Source of the DNA: Methanobacteriota archaeon
Lineage (GTDB): Archaea > Thermoplasmatota > Thermoplasmata > SG8-5 > JAGLSY01
Direction of reading: 5' to 3'
Assembly: GCA_020696385.1 (NCBI GenBank)
Contig: JAEHCQ010000004.1
Location: forward strand, 128,001 to 192,000
DNA length: 64,000 nucleotides
Both the position numbers and the translations under genes were made by a program. Numbering within the stretch: the stretch's first letter is position 1; each line of letters starts with the position of its first letter. Below are positions 29,833-38,124 of the stretch, piece by piece. The notes beneath the pieces were generated by a model that did no database searches, was not told where the DNA came from, and saw only the letters and a list, made by a program, of their open reading frames with translations.

Positions 29833-29909
29833 TAAGGGCTCACTATCCTCAGTTCATCTTTTCAGATTAACTGAGAGGATACCCACGGCTGAAGCCGGGG
29901 GAGCCCTCA
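29833..29909. repeat. Intergenic repeat family 3, copy 2 (IS200/IS605-end-like hairpin)
   Basis: TAAGGGCTC...CCCACGGCTGAAGCCGGGG-GAGCCCTCA. Confidence 0.65.
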
Positions 29910-30005
29910 TTGGCCTTGAAATGCGAACCTGTTTATGAATGTTTGTGCGGTTCATCGTATCCAGACATGATATTCCTACATGTCTGTTTGGCAGTATCGA
30001 CCTCA

Positions 30006-30485
30006 TCAACCCAGCTTATTTCGTGTATATGCCAGCAATCCACCAGCATCCCTGATAGCCAGTATCTCTTTGGGCAGAAGAGGGAAATTGAATTTTTGGC
30101 CGTCGATGATTATCTCGCCGGCGTCAATGTCCATCTTCACCTCAGCACCTTCTTTGTAGGCCTGTACCGCTTCCGGGCACTCGATGAGCACCAGTCCTTG
30201 ATTGATGGCCGCCCTGTAGAATATTCTGGCATAGCCCTCTGCTACAATGGCCTTGATGCCGATGGCCTTGAATCCAACTGTTGGCTGTTCACGACTTGAG
30301 CCACATCCGAAGTTTCGGCCGGCGAATATTATGTCGCCAGATTTCGCACCCTTGGCAAAATCTGGATCCAGGTCTTCCAGCATATGCGGCAGTATCTCCT
30401 CCGCGGTGCCGCAAGTGTAGGTGTACTTGCCCGGGAATAGCATATCGGTGTTCACGCTGTCTCCGTATTTCCAAACCTTGGTCAT
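30006..30485 (-). CDS. Isopropylmalate/homoaconitate dehydratase small subunit (LeuD/HacB family)
   Basis: GDSVNTD..FPGKY, GRNFGCGSSRE, ARIFYR, GGLL. Confidence 0.92.
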   Translation of the reverse strand: MTKVWKYGDSVNTDMLFPGKYTYTCGTAEEILPHMLEDLDPDFAKGAKSGDIIFAGRNFGCGSSREQPTVGFKAIGIKAIVAEGYARIFYRAAINQGLVLIECPEAVQAYKEGAEVKMDIDAGEIIIDGQKFNFPLLPKEILAIRDAGGLLAYTRNKLG

Positions 30486-31747
30486 TAGATATCACCTCTT
30501 GGGTCAGTAATTCTGCCATTGATCGCCGAGGCAGCCACGGTCTCCGGGGAAGCCAGGTATATCTCGGCTTCCTTGCACCCCATCCTTCCCTTGAAGTTGC
30601 GGTTGGCCGTGCTTATGCATTTCTCTCCGGGAGCTAGCACACCCTGGTGTGCTCCAAGGCACGGTCCGCAGCCAGGCGGTAATATCACACCGCCCGCTTC
30701 GCTCAGTGTCTTGATAATGCCCATGTCCAGTGCCTCTTCATATATCTTCCTGGAGGCCGGCAGTACCAGTAATCTTGTATCCGGGTGAACTTTCTTACCC
30801 TTCAGTATATTGGCCGCGGCCACCAGATCAGATAGGCGGCCATTGGTGCATGTTCCGATAAGGCATTGATCCACTTTTGTGTCGGATAGATCCTTCGCCA
30901 GGCATTTATTGTCCACCTGGTGGGGGCATGCGACAACTGGCTCGATGGCCGAGAGATCGTATTCCTTCTCCATGTAATATTCGGCGTCATCATCTGCCCA
31001 AATTGCATCATAATCTGATGGTGCCAGTCCTATTGAATTGAGATATTCAACAGCAACTTCATCAACCGGGAAAGTAGCGTTCTTCGCACCCATCTCGATG
31101 CCCATATTGGATATGACGAATCGGTCTTCAATTGAAAGCTGGCCGATATCTCCCCAGAACTCGACCGAGCAGTAAGTTGCTCCATCGGCGGCTATATCGC
31201 CGATGATATGCAGAATTATGTCCTTAGCGGACACATTCTCCTGCAACTGGCCTTTCAATGTCATCTTAATAGTCTTGGGAACCTTGAGCCATGTCTCTCC
31301 GGTTAGAATGAGGGACGCGGCCTCGGTTCTGTCAATGCCGGTTGAAAAACAACCAACAGCTCCATATGAACATGTATGTGAATCACTTCCAAGAACGATG
31401 CCTCCTGGCAATGCCAGTCCCTTCTCGAATACTATCTGATGGCAGATACCATGACCGACATCGAAGAAATTCGTTATTCTAAATTTCTTCACAAACTTTC
31501 GTATATCCTGATGATTGGTAGCTGTCTTTTCACTGGCCGCTGGTGCGACATGATCTATGACGATAACTGGCAGCTCTTTGCTTACCACGCCGTGCTTTTC
31601 CAGATCATCCTTTATCTTGGCGGTTATTGCCGCGGCATTGTCATGCATCAGGAGATGGTCTGGCTTGATCATCACGATCTGGCCTGGTACTACTTTTTCA
31701 TTGCCCGACCTCTTGGCCAGGACTTTCTCCGCAAAGGTCATACCCAT
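30485..31747 (-). CDS. Isopropylmalate/homoaconitate dehydratase large subunit (LeuC/HacA family)
   Basis: GICHQ, GSDSHT, IGTCTNGR, CGPCLG, STANRNFKGRMG. Confidence 0.93.
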   Translation of the reverse strand: MGMTFAEKVLAKRSGNEKVVPGQIVMIKPDHLLMHDNAAAITAKIKDDLEKHGVVSKELPVIVIDHVAPAASEKTATNHQDIRKFVKKFRITNFFDVGHGICHQIVFEKGLALPGGIVLGSDSHTCSYGAVGCFSTGIDRTEAASLILTGETWLKVPKTIKMTLKGQLQENVSAKDIILHIIGDIAADGATYCSVEFWGDIGQLSIEDRFVISNMGIEMGAKNATFPVDEVAVEYLNSIGLAPSDYDAIWADDDAEYYMEKEYDLSAIEPVVACPHQVDNKCLAKDLSDTKVDQCLIGTCTNGRLSDLVAAANILKGKKVHPDTRLLVLPASRKIYEEALDMGIIKTLSEAGGVILPPGCGPCLGAHQGVLAPGEKCISTANRNFKGRMGCKEAEIYLASPETVAASAINGRITDPRGDI

Positions 31748-31758
31748 CTTGTACCACC

Positions 31759-32340
31759 TCACTCGTTTATCAGCTGGTTCTTGGTGATCATGACCAGTGG
31801 ATTGAAGGTGGCGAAATCCGCCTGGTGTACCAGCACGGTCTCTATGACCTGTGGCCTGCCATCTCCTTCCTTCGCGTGGCAGCCTATGACATTGACAATT
31901 TCCTCTGGCAATCCTATCTCATTGGCCAGGATAGCTCCGGATATTGGATGTCTGGCGCACATGCCAGCATGACTTTTTCTAAAGCCACCTTGCCCGTCCT
32001 TCTCGAACTCCATGAGCTTGCCGACATCATGGAGAATTCCTCCAGCTATGAGCCGATCATAATCGATCCCATACGGCATGTTGGCATAGTGCTTTTCTTG
32101 AGCCTTTGCAAGTTGTAACGCGCCCTCGGTGACGGCCATCGTGTGCTCGATAAAATTCACGCCTTTGCAATCCGTCAAAAGTGTGAAGGGCATTTGCTTC
32201 AGCTCGTCCACGCTCTGCCAGTTGCCTCTTTCGCAACCGATCACCCAGGCCTTGACAGTGCCTTCGCGGATGTTCTCGTCCTTTATCATTGACAGGTATG
32301 GGCCAAACAATTCTTCGATATCGCTTTTGCTTATCATCAA
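31759..32340 (-). CDS. HD-domain metal-dependent phosphohydrolase
   Basis: EHT...LHDVGK...RHPISG...H...QADF. Confidence 0.85.
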   Translation of the reverse strand: MMISKSDIEELFGPYLSMIKDENIREGTVKAWVIGCERGNWQSVDELKQMPFTLLTDCKGVNFIEHTMAVTEGALQLAKAQEKHYANMPYGIDYDRLIAGGILHDVGKLMEFEKDGQGGFRKSHAGMCARHPISGAILANEIGLPEEIVNVIGCHAKEGDGRPQVIETVLVHQADFATFNPLVMITKNQLINE

Positions 32341-32448
32341 CGTTCCTCCTTACTGGTTGGAATCAAGGGATAAATATGAATCGACTTAATGAATGTTGGT
32401 ATTTGCTCTTGGATAATTGATTGAGACCTCAGGCTTCAAATCCTGAGA

Positions 32449-33318
32449 TCAATCAATTCCAAGTTCCTTTTCCAGCCTCTTCCAGATATCTTTTATATCA
32501 CTGGCCAGCTGACCAACTGAGAACTCCACCACTGTCTTCTCATCCATCATGGCCCTGGTGGCTGTTTCATCATAGGCCAGTTTTCCAATGACATCGATGC
32601 CCTCTGCCTTGCAGAATTCGATTATGTCGGCTGTGTTATCTTCATTGATATCGTATTTGTTTATGCAAGCCACTGTGGAAACCTGAAAATGTCTGGCAAC
32701 CTCGATTATCCTCTTAGCATCATGTATGCCGGACAGAGTGGGCTCTATGACGATAAGAACAAGATCAACGCCAGTTATCGAAGCGATCACCGTACATCCA
32801 GTTCCTGGCGGTCCATCAATGATAATGAGATCATTTCCTTCTTTCTCGGCTATTTTCCTAGCTTTTTCCCGGACCAGGGCGACCAGTTTGCCAGTTGCTT
32901 CCTCGCCAGGATGCATATTCGCATGCACCATCTTTCCGAATCTGGTATCCGATACATAGGACTCGCCAGCCACCCTCTGGACCATCTTGATGGCTCCAAC
33001 TGGGCATACCAGTTCGCAGACAGCACACCCTTCGCACTTTTCGGGATGCAGGGTGTTATCAGGATCAAAAGAATCGTATCTGCAATTATCATAACACAGG
33101 CCACAATCCGTGCAGATATCATCATTCTTCTGTGCGACATTCAGTCCGTGGAAGATCTCACTGCTCTTCACCTGGGGATGAAGCAGTAGGTGCATGTCCG
33201 CGGCATCCACGTCAGCATCGACTGTGACATGGTTTTTCGCCAGTGCTGCGAAAGCGGCTGTAAGGGTGGTCTTTCCAGAACCACCCTTTCCGCTTATAAT
33301 AGTGATTTGTTTGACCAT
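32449..33318 (-). CDS. MinD-superfamily P-loop ATPase with inserted ferredoxin domain
   Basis: SGKGGSGKT, DADVDA, CxxCxxCxxxC x2, DGPPGTGC, EPT. Confidence 0.9.
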   Translation of the reverse strand: MVKQITIISGKGGSGKTTLTAAFAALAKNHVTVDADVDAADMHLLLHPQVKSSEIFHGLNVAQKNDDICTDCGLCYDNCRYDSFDPDNTLHPEKCEGCAVCELVCPVGAIKMVQRVAGESYVSDTRFGKMVHANMHPGEEATGKLVALVREKARKIAEKEGNDLIIIDGPPGTGCTVIASITGVDLVLIVIEPTLSGIHDAKRIIEVARHFQVSTVACINKYDINEDNTADIIEFCKAEGIDVIGKLAYDETATRAMMDEKTVVEFSVGQLASDIKDIWKRLEKELGID

Positions 33319-33319
33319 A

Positions 33320-34168
33320 TCACTCCCCCCTCTGGATTTTGACGATATCTTTTATCTTATCATAAATTTCAATGAACACCTGTTTGTATTCCGGTATGCC
33401 CTCGACAATTGGAATTCCTTTCGAATACAGCCTGGCGATATCAAGGTCATTGGGTATGCTGGCTAAGAGTGGAATTCCATCCTCTTCACAGAATCTCTCC
33501 ACCCTGTCATCACCTATTCCAGCCCGATTTATCACGACCCCAAAGGGCGTTCCGATATTCTTGACTACATCCACAGCCAGCTTGAGATCATGCAATCCGA
33601 AAGGTGTTGGCTCAGTCACCAGAATGACAAAATCCGAGTCGCTCATGGCCTCCACAGCGGGGCACGCTGTACCTGGTGGGGAATCAAAGATCACTTCCTT
33701 GTCCGGAGACGCCATTTCCTTGACCGCCTTGATTATTGGAACTCCAAAAGGCTCTCCGATCTTAAGGAGACCGTGATACAGTTCCATGTCATCATTTCCA
33801 CCTTTTTCTATGATGCCCAGCACATGCTCTGTCTCGGATACTGCATCATTTGGGCATATGATCTTGCACCCACCACAGCCATGACAAAGCTCTTCGAAAA
33901 ATAGAAGCTTTTCTTTGATAACAGCTATTGCATTGTACTGGCAGAACTCCGCGCATTTCCCGCATCTGGTACACTTATTCATATCAAATACTGGCACTGG
34001 AATTCCAACCTCTCTGACCTTCTCCATGGGCTCCTTGAAGAATAGGTGGCAATTTGGCTCCTCCACATCACAATCAATGAGCATGGTATCACCCATGCTC
34101 AATGCGAGGTTGACTGATATGGTGGTCTTACCAGTTCCACCCTTACCACTGGCTACGGATATTTTCAT
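33320..34168 (-). CDS. MinD-superfamily P-loop ATPase with inserted ferredoxin domain (paralog)
   Basis: SGKGGTGKT, DCDVEEPN, two Fe-S motifs, DSPPGTAC, EPTPFG. Confidence 0.9.
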   Translation of the reverse strand: MKISVASGKGGTGKTTISVNLALSMGDTMLIDCDVEEPNCHLFFKEPMEKVREVGIPVPVFDMNKCTRCGKCAEFCQYNAIAVIKEKLLFFEELCHGCGGCKIICPNDAVSETEHVLGIIEKGGNDDMELYHGLLKIGEPFGVPIIKAVKEMASPDKEVIFDSPPGTACPAVEAMSDSDFVILVTEPTPFGLHDLKLAVDVVKNIGTPFGVVINRAGIGDDRVERFCEEDGIPLLASIPNDLDIARLYSKGIPIVEGIPEYKQVFIEIYDKIKDIVKIQRGE

Positions 34169-34194
34169 TGTATCACACTTCAGATCCACTCAGC

Positions 34195-34611
34195 CTAATT
34201 GCCGCATCCTCCGCTGTGATCATGACCTTCTCCATCGCCATGCCCTTCGCCACGGAAGGCATGCTGGTCACAGGCCGTGTCCTTGGTGGCCTGTTCGAGC
34301 GAATTGTTTTCCCAGGAACTTATGGCATCCTTGATGGTGCCAGTAGCTCCCATGTAAACACAGATACCGGCTTCCTCGAACATCTGGATCGCTCTTTTTC
34401 CAAGACCACCGCAGAGCATGATGTCCACACCCAGTTTCGCTATGTTCTCGGCGGGATAGCCGGAGCCCCCTGTATGGGAACTATCGTTCGGCACTGCTTT
34501 AATGTCCTTGGTATCGCTATCATAAATGGTATAAATGGGTACTCGGCCAAAATGCTCGCCCACTTGCTCATCTAATCCTCTATTGCCCATTGATGGAATA
34601 CATATTTTCAT
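34195..34611 (-). CDS. NifB/NifX family cluster-binding protein with His-rich tail
   Basis: HFGR, GGLG..A motifs; C-terminal H/G/C tail. Confidence 0.85.
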   Translation of the reverse strand: MKICIPSMGNRGLDEQVGEHFGRVPIYTIYDSDTKDIKAVPNDSSHTGGSGYPAENIAKLGVDIMLCGGLGKRAIQMFEEAGICVYMGATGTIKDAISSWENNSLEQATKDTACDQHAFRGEGHGDGEGHDHSGGCGN

Positions 34612-34625
34612 TTTGAAATCCTCCT

Positions 34626-35000
34626 TTATCTTCTACCGCCCATGCCATTATGTGAGCCAACATTGGCCCCGGCAGCCTCCTCCAGTTCTCCATTCTTGAA
34701 TTTATGTATCATGTCCTTGATCATTCCATTGGAACCTGTGAGTATCCTTATGCCAGCAGCCTCAAGGGCCGAGTAGGCATTGGGTCCCACATTCCCCGTG
34801 ACCAGCACGTCAACATCCTTATTGGATATTGTCTGTGCTGCTTGTGGTCCAGCTCCTCCACTGGCATTCGCACTCTCATTGCTCACTGCCTCGAACTCCA
34901 TTGTGTCTGGGTCAACGATAAGGAAATACTCGCATCTTCCAAACCTGGTGTCCACTTCAGCTTCAAGGTCCTTGCCTTTTGACGTCATTGCTATTTTCAT
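34626..35000 (-). CDS. NifB/NifX family cluster-binding protein
   Basis: RFGRC.YF, GGAG.QAAQ, TGNVGPNA. Confidence 0.88.
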   Translation of the reverse strand: MKIAMTSKGKDLEAEVDTRFGRCEYFLIVDPDTMEFEAVSNESANASGGAGPQAAQTISNKDVDVLVTGNVGPNAYSALEAAGIRILTGSNGMIKDMIHKFKNGELEEAAGANVGSHNGMGGRR

Positions 35001-35004
35001 TGTA

Positions 35005-36342
35005 TCATCTCATGTTCTTTATCGCATTCTCGGATGCATTCACCAACTGGTAGGCTATTGGCGATGCTGTGACTGCTGGATGTGTTCCGATCTGGAAAGT
35101 GGCCAGATCATCAAAGGTCATCTTCTTCTGAATACATGCGCTCACGGTGTTTATCAATTCTCCAGCACTGGGGCCTCCTCGTATCTGGCCTCCAATTAAT
35201 TCACCAGTTCTTTTATTGAATGTTAATTTGACCTTCATCTTCGACATGCCGGGCATTCCACCAGGATGTCTGTTTGGAGCTTCTGCCTCTCCACATGTTA
35301 TCTCATAACCTCTTTCTTTTGCAAGACCCTCTGTCAATCCCGCCATAGCAAATACCTTGTCACCAATGGCCGTTGAGAATACTCCCACAGCTCCGTAATT
35401 GTGCCTTCTTGGGCTGAAAAGATTTGCTCCGGCTATCCTGGCTTCCATTGTCGCTATTGATGCCAGTCTTAATCCGATCTGCCTTCCAGTGAAGAAGGAT
35501 GTCTTGTTTGTACAATCCCCGCAAGCGAAGATATTGTCATCCGAGGTTCTCATATTGTTGTCCACAACTATCCCTCCCCGGTTCACATCAAGGCCAGCAT
35601 CCGCTGCTAATTTTGAATTTGGCTTTACACCAACTCCCACTATCAAAAGATCTGCCTTCAATTCCTGGCCATTTGATAATCTGACGCTGGAAATCGACTC
35701 GTTTCCATTTACCTCTTCAAGCTTGACACCTGTTATGATGTTCACGCCTCTTTCCTTCAGAACCTCTTCGGCCTCGATACACAGGTCTTCTTCGAAGGCC
35801 AGCATCAGGCAATGTGGCATAAGCTCGACAATTGTCACGTTCGCATCTCTGTTCTTCTTACATTCATCAGCGAACTCGACACCGATGAACCCACCACCCA
35901 GTATCACGATGTCCTTTGCATCGTTCACTGCATCCAGCATCTTATTGAGGTGGTTCACTTCTTTTTTCACGGTGAAGACGTTTTTCTTATCCAGTCCCGG
36001 TATAGGTAGATCAAGGGGCTCAGAGCCAACAGCCATTACAAGTTTGTCATATCCCACTTTTTCACCATTGCCAGTGCTTACTATTTTCTGTGTTTTGTCT
36101 ATGGAATTTACTTCGTCTATCAATAGCTCTATTTCATTGTTGGACAGAACACCATCAGGTATCATATTGTTGTCAGGGGAATTCACGGTCCCATAGATAT
36201 AGGGAATACCGCAGGGTATCTGGACCTGCTTCTCCTTCCTTATCAACATCACATTCTTTTCTGGATAATGTCTACGGCAAGTTATGGCCGCGGGTATTCC
36301 AGCTGCGCTCCCTCCGATAACTACTACGTCTGTTTGTTTCAT
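35005..36342 (-). CDS. FAD-dependent pyridine nucleotide-disulfide oxidoreductase (NADH oxidase/CoA-disulfide reductase-like)
   Basis: IGGSAAG, PCGIPY single redox Cys, GGGFIGVE, FACGDC. Confidence 0.88.
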   Translation of the reverse strand: MKQTDVVVIGGSAAGIPAAITCRRHYPEKNVMLIRKEKQVQIPCGIPYIYGTVNSPDNNMIPDGVLSNNEIELLIDEVNSIDKTQKIVSTGNGEKVGYDKLVMAVGSEPLDLPIPGLDKKNVFTVKKEVNHLNKMLDAVNDAKDIVILGGGFIGVEFADECKKNRDANVTIVELMPHCLMLAFEEDLCIEAEEVLKERGVNIITGVKLEEVNGNESISSVRLSNGQELKADLLIVGVGVKPNSKLAADAGLDVNRGGIVVDNNMRTSDDNIFACGDCTNKTSFFTGRQIGLRLASIATMEARIAGANLFSPRRHNYGAVGVFSTAIGDKVFAMAGLTEGLAKERGYEITCGEAEAPNRHPGGMPGMSKMKVKLTFNKRTGELIGGQIRGGPSAGELINTVSACIQKKMTFDDLATFQIGTHPAVTASPIAYQLVNASENAIKNMR

Positions 36343-36443
36343 CCATCTAACCTTCTTAACGATTTTTAACACTGTTATTAACAGCGTTACGTACAATGGC
36401 CGATGGCTTATAAAACCCACGGATAATGATTGTTAATTTTCAA

Positions 36444-37271
36444 TTATTTCCTCGAATCTTCAATGTTCTTGATTATATCCATAAAGGCTTTGGCAGAATC
36501 CGTGTTACCCTGAACAACTGGATTGCCCGAATCACCCATGATCACCATCTGTGGATCAATAGGGATCGCTCCCAAGAAAGTGATATTCATTTCCTTTGCC
36601 GTTCTCTCACCGCCACCCTTCTTGAACAGGTCGATAGTCTCGTCACAATGAGGACATTTGAAACCACTCATGTTCTCGATTATCCCGAGAACCGGCATCT
36701 TCAGATTATGGGCGAAGTTCACGGATTTTCTGGAATCTAATAAGGCCACATCCTGAGGTGTTGAGACGATGATCGCCTCGGCCTGTGGGATCTTCTGGGC
36801 AATACTCAGAGGCTCGTCACCGGTTCCTGGTGGAAGATCCACGACCAGATAATCCAATTCACCCCAATTAAAATCTCCCAAGAATTGGTCAATAAGCTGC
36901 ATCTTCATAGCCCCTCTCCAGATGACTGGCGCATCTTTGTCTGGAAGTAGGAAGGCCATGGACAGCACGCTGAGATTATCGGATACTTTGATGGGCTTCA
37001 GAGTTTCATCATCCAGTTCCAGCACCCTGTCTTCGATGCCCAGCATCTTTGGAACATTGGGTCCGTGAATATCAACATCCATAAGACCGACCTTATAGCC
37101 TTCGTCTGCAAGACCTGCAGCCAGGTTCACGGCCACCGTGGTCTTTCCAACCCCACCTTTGCCGCTCATTATTATCAGCTTGTTCTTGATCTTGCTGATA
37201 TTGTACATTATTCTTGCATTCAGTTCCGCTGCTTCCTTATTGGGCGCGCCCATACCACATGATTCTGCCAT
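36444..37271 (-). CDS. Mrp/NBP35 Fe-S cluster carrier ATPase
   Basis: [38 protein letters not shown]. Confidence 0.93.
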   Translation of the reverse strand: MAESCGMGAPNKEAAELNARIMYNISKIKNKLIIMSGKGGVGKTTVAVNLAAGLADEGYKVGLMDVDIHGPNVPKMLGIEDRVLELDDETLKPIKVSDNLSVLSMAFLLPDKDAPVIWRGAMKMQLIDQFLGDFNWGELDYLVVDLPPGTGDEPLSIAQKIPQAEAIIVSTPQDVALLDSRKSVNFAHNLKMPVLGIIENMSGFKCPHCDETIDLFKKGGGERTAKEMNITFLGAIPIDPQMVIMGDSGNPVVQGNTDSAKAFMDIIKNIEDSRK

Positions 37272-37402
37272 TTTCCAATCCTCCATGATACATTTGAGTA
37301 TACCTGGTATCAACCCGTCAAAGTATTTATTATTATAACCTTAACGGCATTAACAATACTAAATAATAATTTTTTTAAAAAAATAAAATGCGGGGTCGAC
37401 CA

Positions 37403-37618
37403 TCATTCGGTCGATCCCATTCTGCGCAGACCTCTGCCGCGTCCTCTTCCGGTTCCACATCCAGCTCCACGACCACTGCGGTTTCCACCGCCACGGCCCA
37501 TGCCCATCCTTCCTTCTGGATTGGCACATCCTGGTGCTTCGCTTCCTGTGCAGTATCCCATACCGCGACCGGTCTTCGGCCCCTGGCCTTCTGGTCCTGT
37601 CTTGTTTCCTCTTGGTAT
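37403..37618 (-). CDS. Small Gly/Arg-rich DUF5320-like protein (71 aa), apparent ATA start; not in the ORF track
   Basis: GGAGGTGA SD followed by ATA CCA AGA GGA; translates (M)PRGNKTGPEGQGPKTGRGMGYCTG...GRGRGRGLRRMGSTE. Confidence 0.8.
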   Translation of the reverse strand: MPRGNKTGPEGQGPKTGRGMGYCTGSEAPGCANPEGRMGMGRGGGNRSGRGAGCGTGRGRGRGLRRMGSTE

Positions 37619-37638
37619 CTTCTCACCTCCTTTTTCTT

Positions 37639-38040
37639 TTATTCCTCTGCTTGGGTCGAACGCCTTCTTCCGCGTCCCCTGCGACGACCTGGGAACTGGT
37701 CATCCATTTCCTTGTCGTCCATCTCCCCCACAATGGAATAGGAGCCACCGTCTATCCTTATCGCACAGCCATTGACCAGTGCGAAGGCAATTTTCTGTCT
37801 AGCTTCCATTAGATCGTTCCAGAATGTCCTTCTGGACACGCCCATCTCCATCGAGGCTTCTTCCTGGGTAAGTCCCTCTATGTCTGTGAGTCTCAGTGCT
37901 TCGACCTCTACAACGGTCAAGATCACTATCCTCATATCATCACGAGAGACACCTGCAGGACTGAAGAAAGTGGTCTCTGGTACATTACTCACCCATCTTG
38001 GGTTTCGTCCTCTACCTCGTCCACGTCCTTTTCCAGGCAT
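37639..38040 (-). CDS. DUF134 predicted DNA-binding protein
   Basis: EVEALRLTDIEGLTQEEASMEMGVSRRTF..L..AR.KIA.ALV. Confidence 0.9.
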   Translation of the reverse strand: MPGKGRGRGRGRNPRWVSNVPETTFFSPAGVSRDDMRIVILTVVEVEALRLTDIEGLTQEEASMEMGVSRRTFWNDLMEARQKIAFALVNGCAIRIDGGSYSIVGEMDDKEMDDQFPGRRRGRGRRRSTQAEE

Positions 38041-38124
38041 AATATTACATATATGAGAAGAAATATATAAACTTATCGGCATATTTGAGCAATTAAGAAT
38101 CAATATTGCTAGATCGCAGACGAT

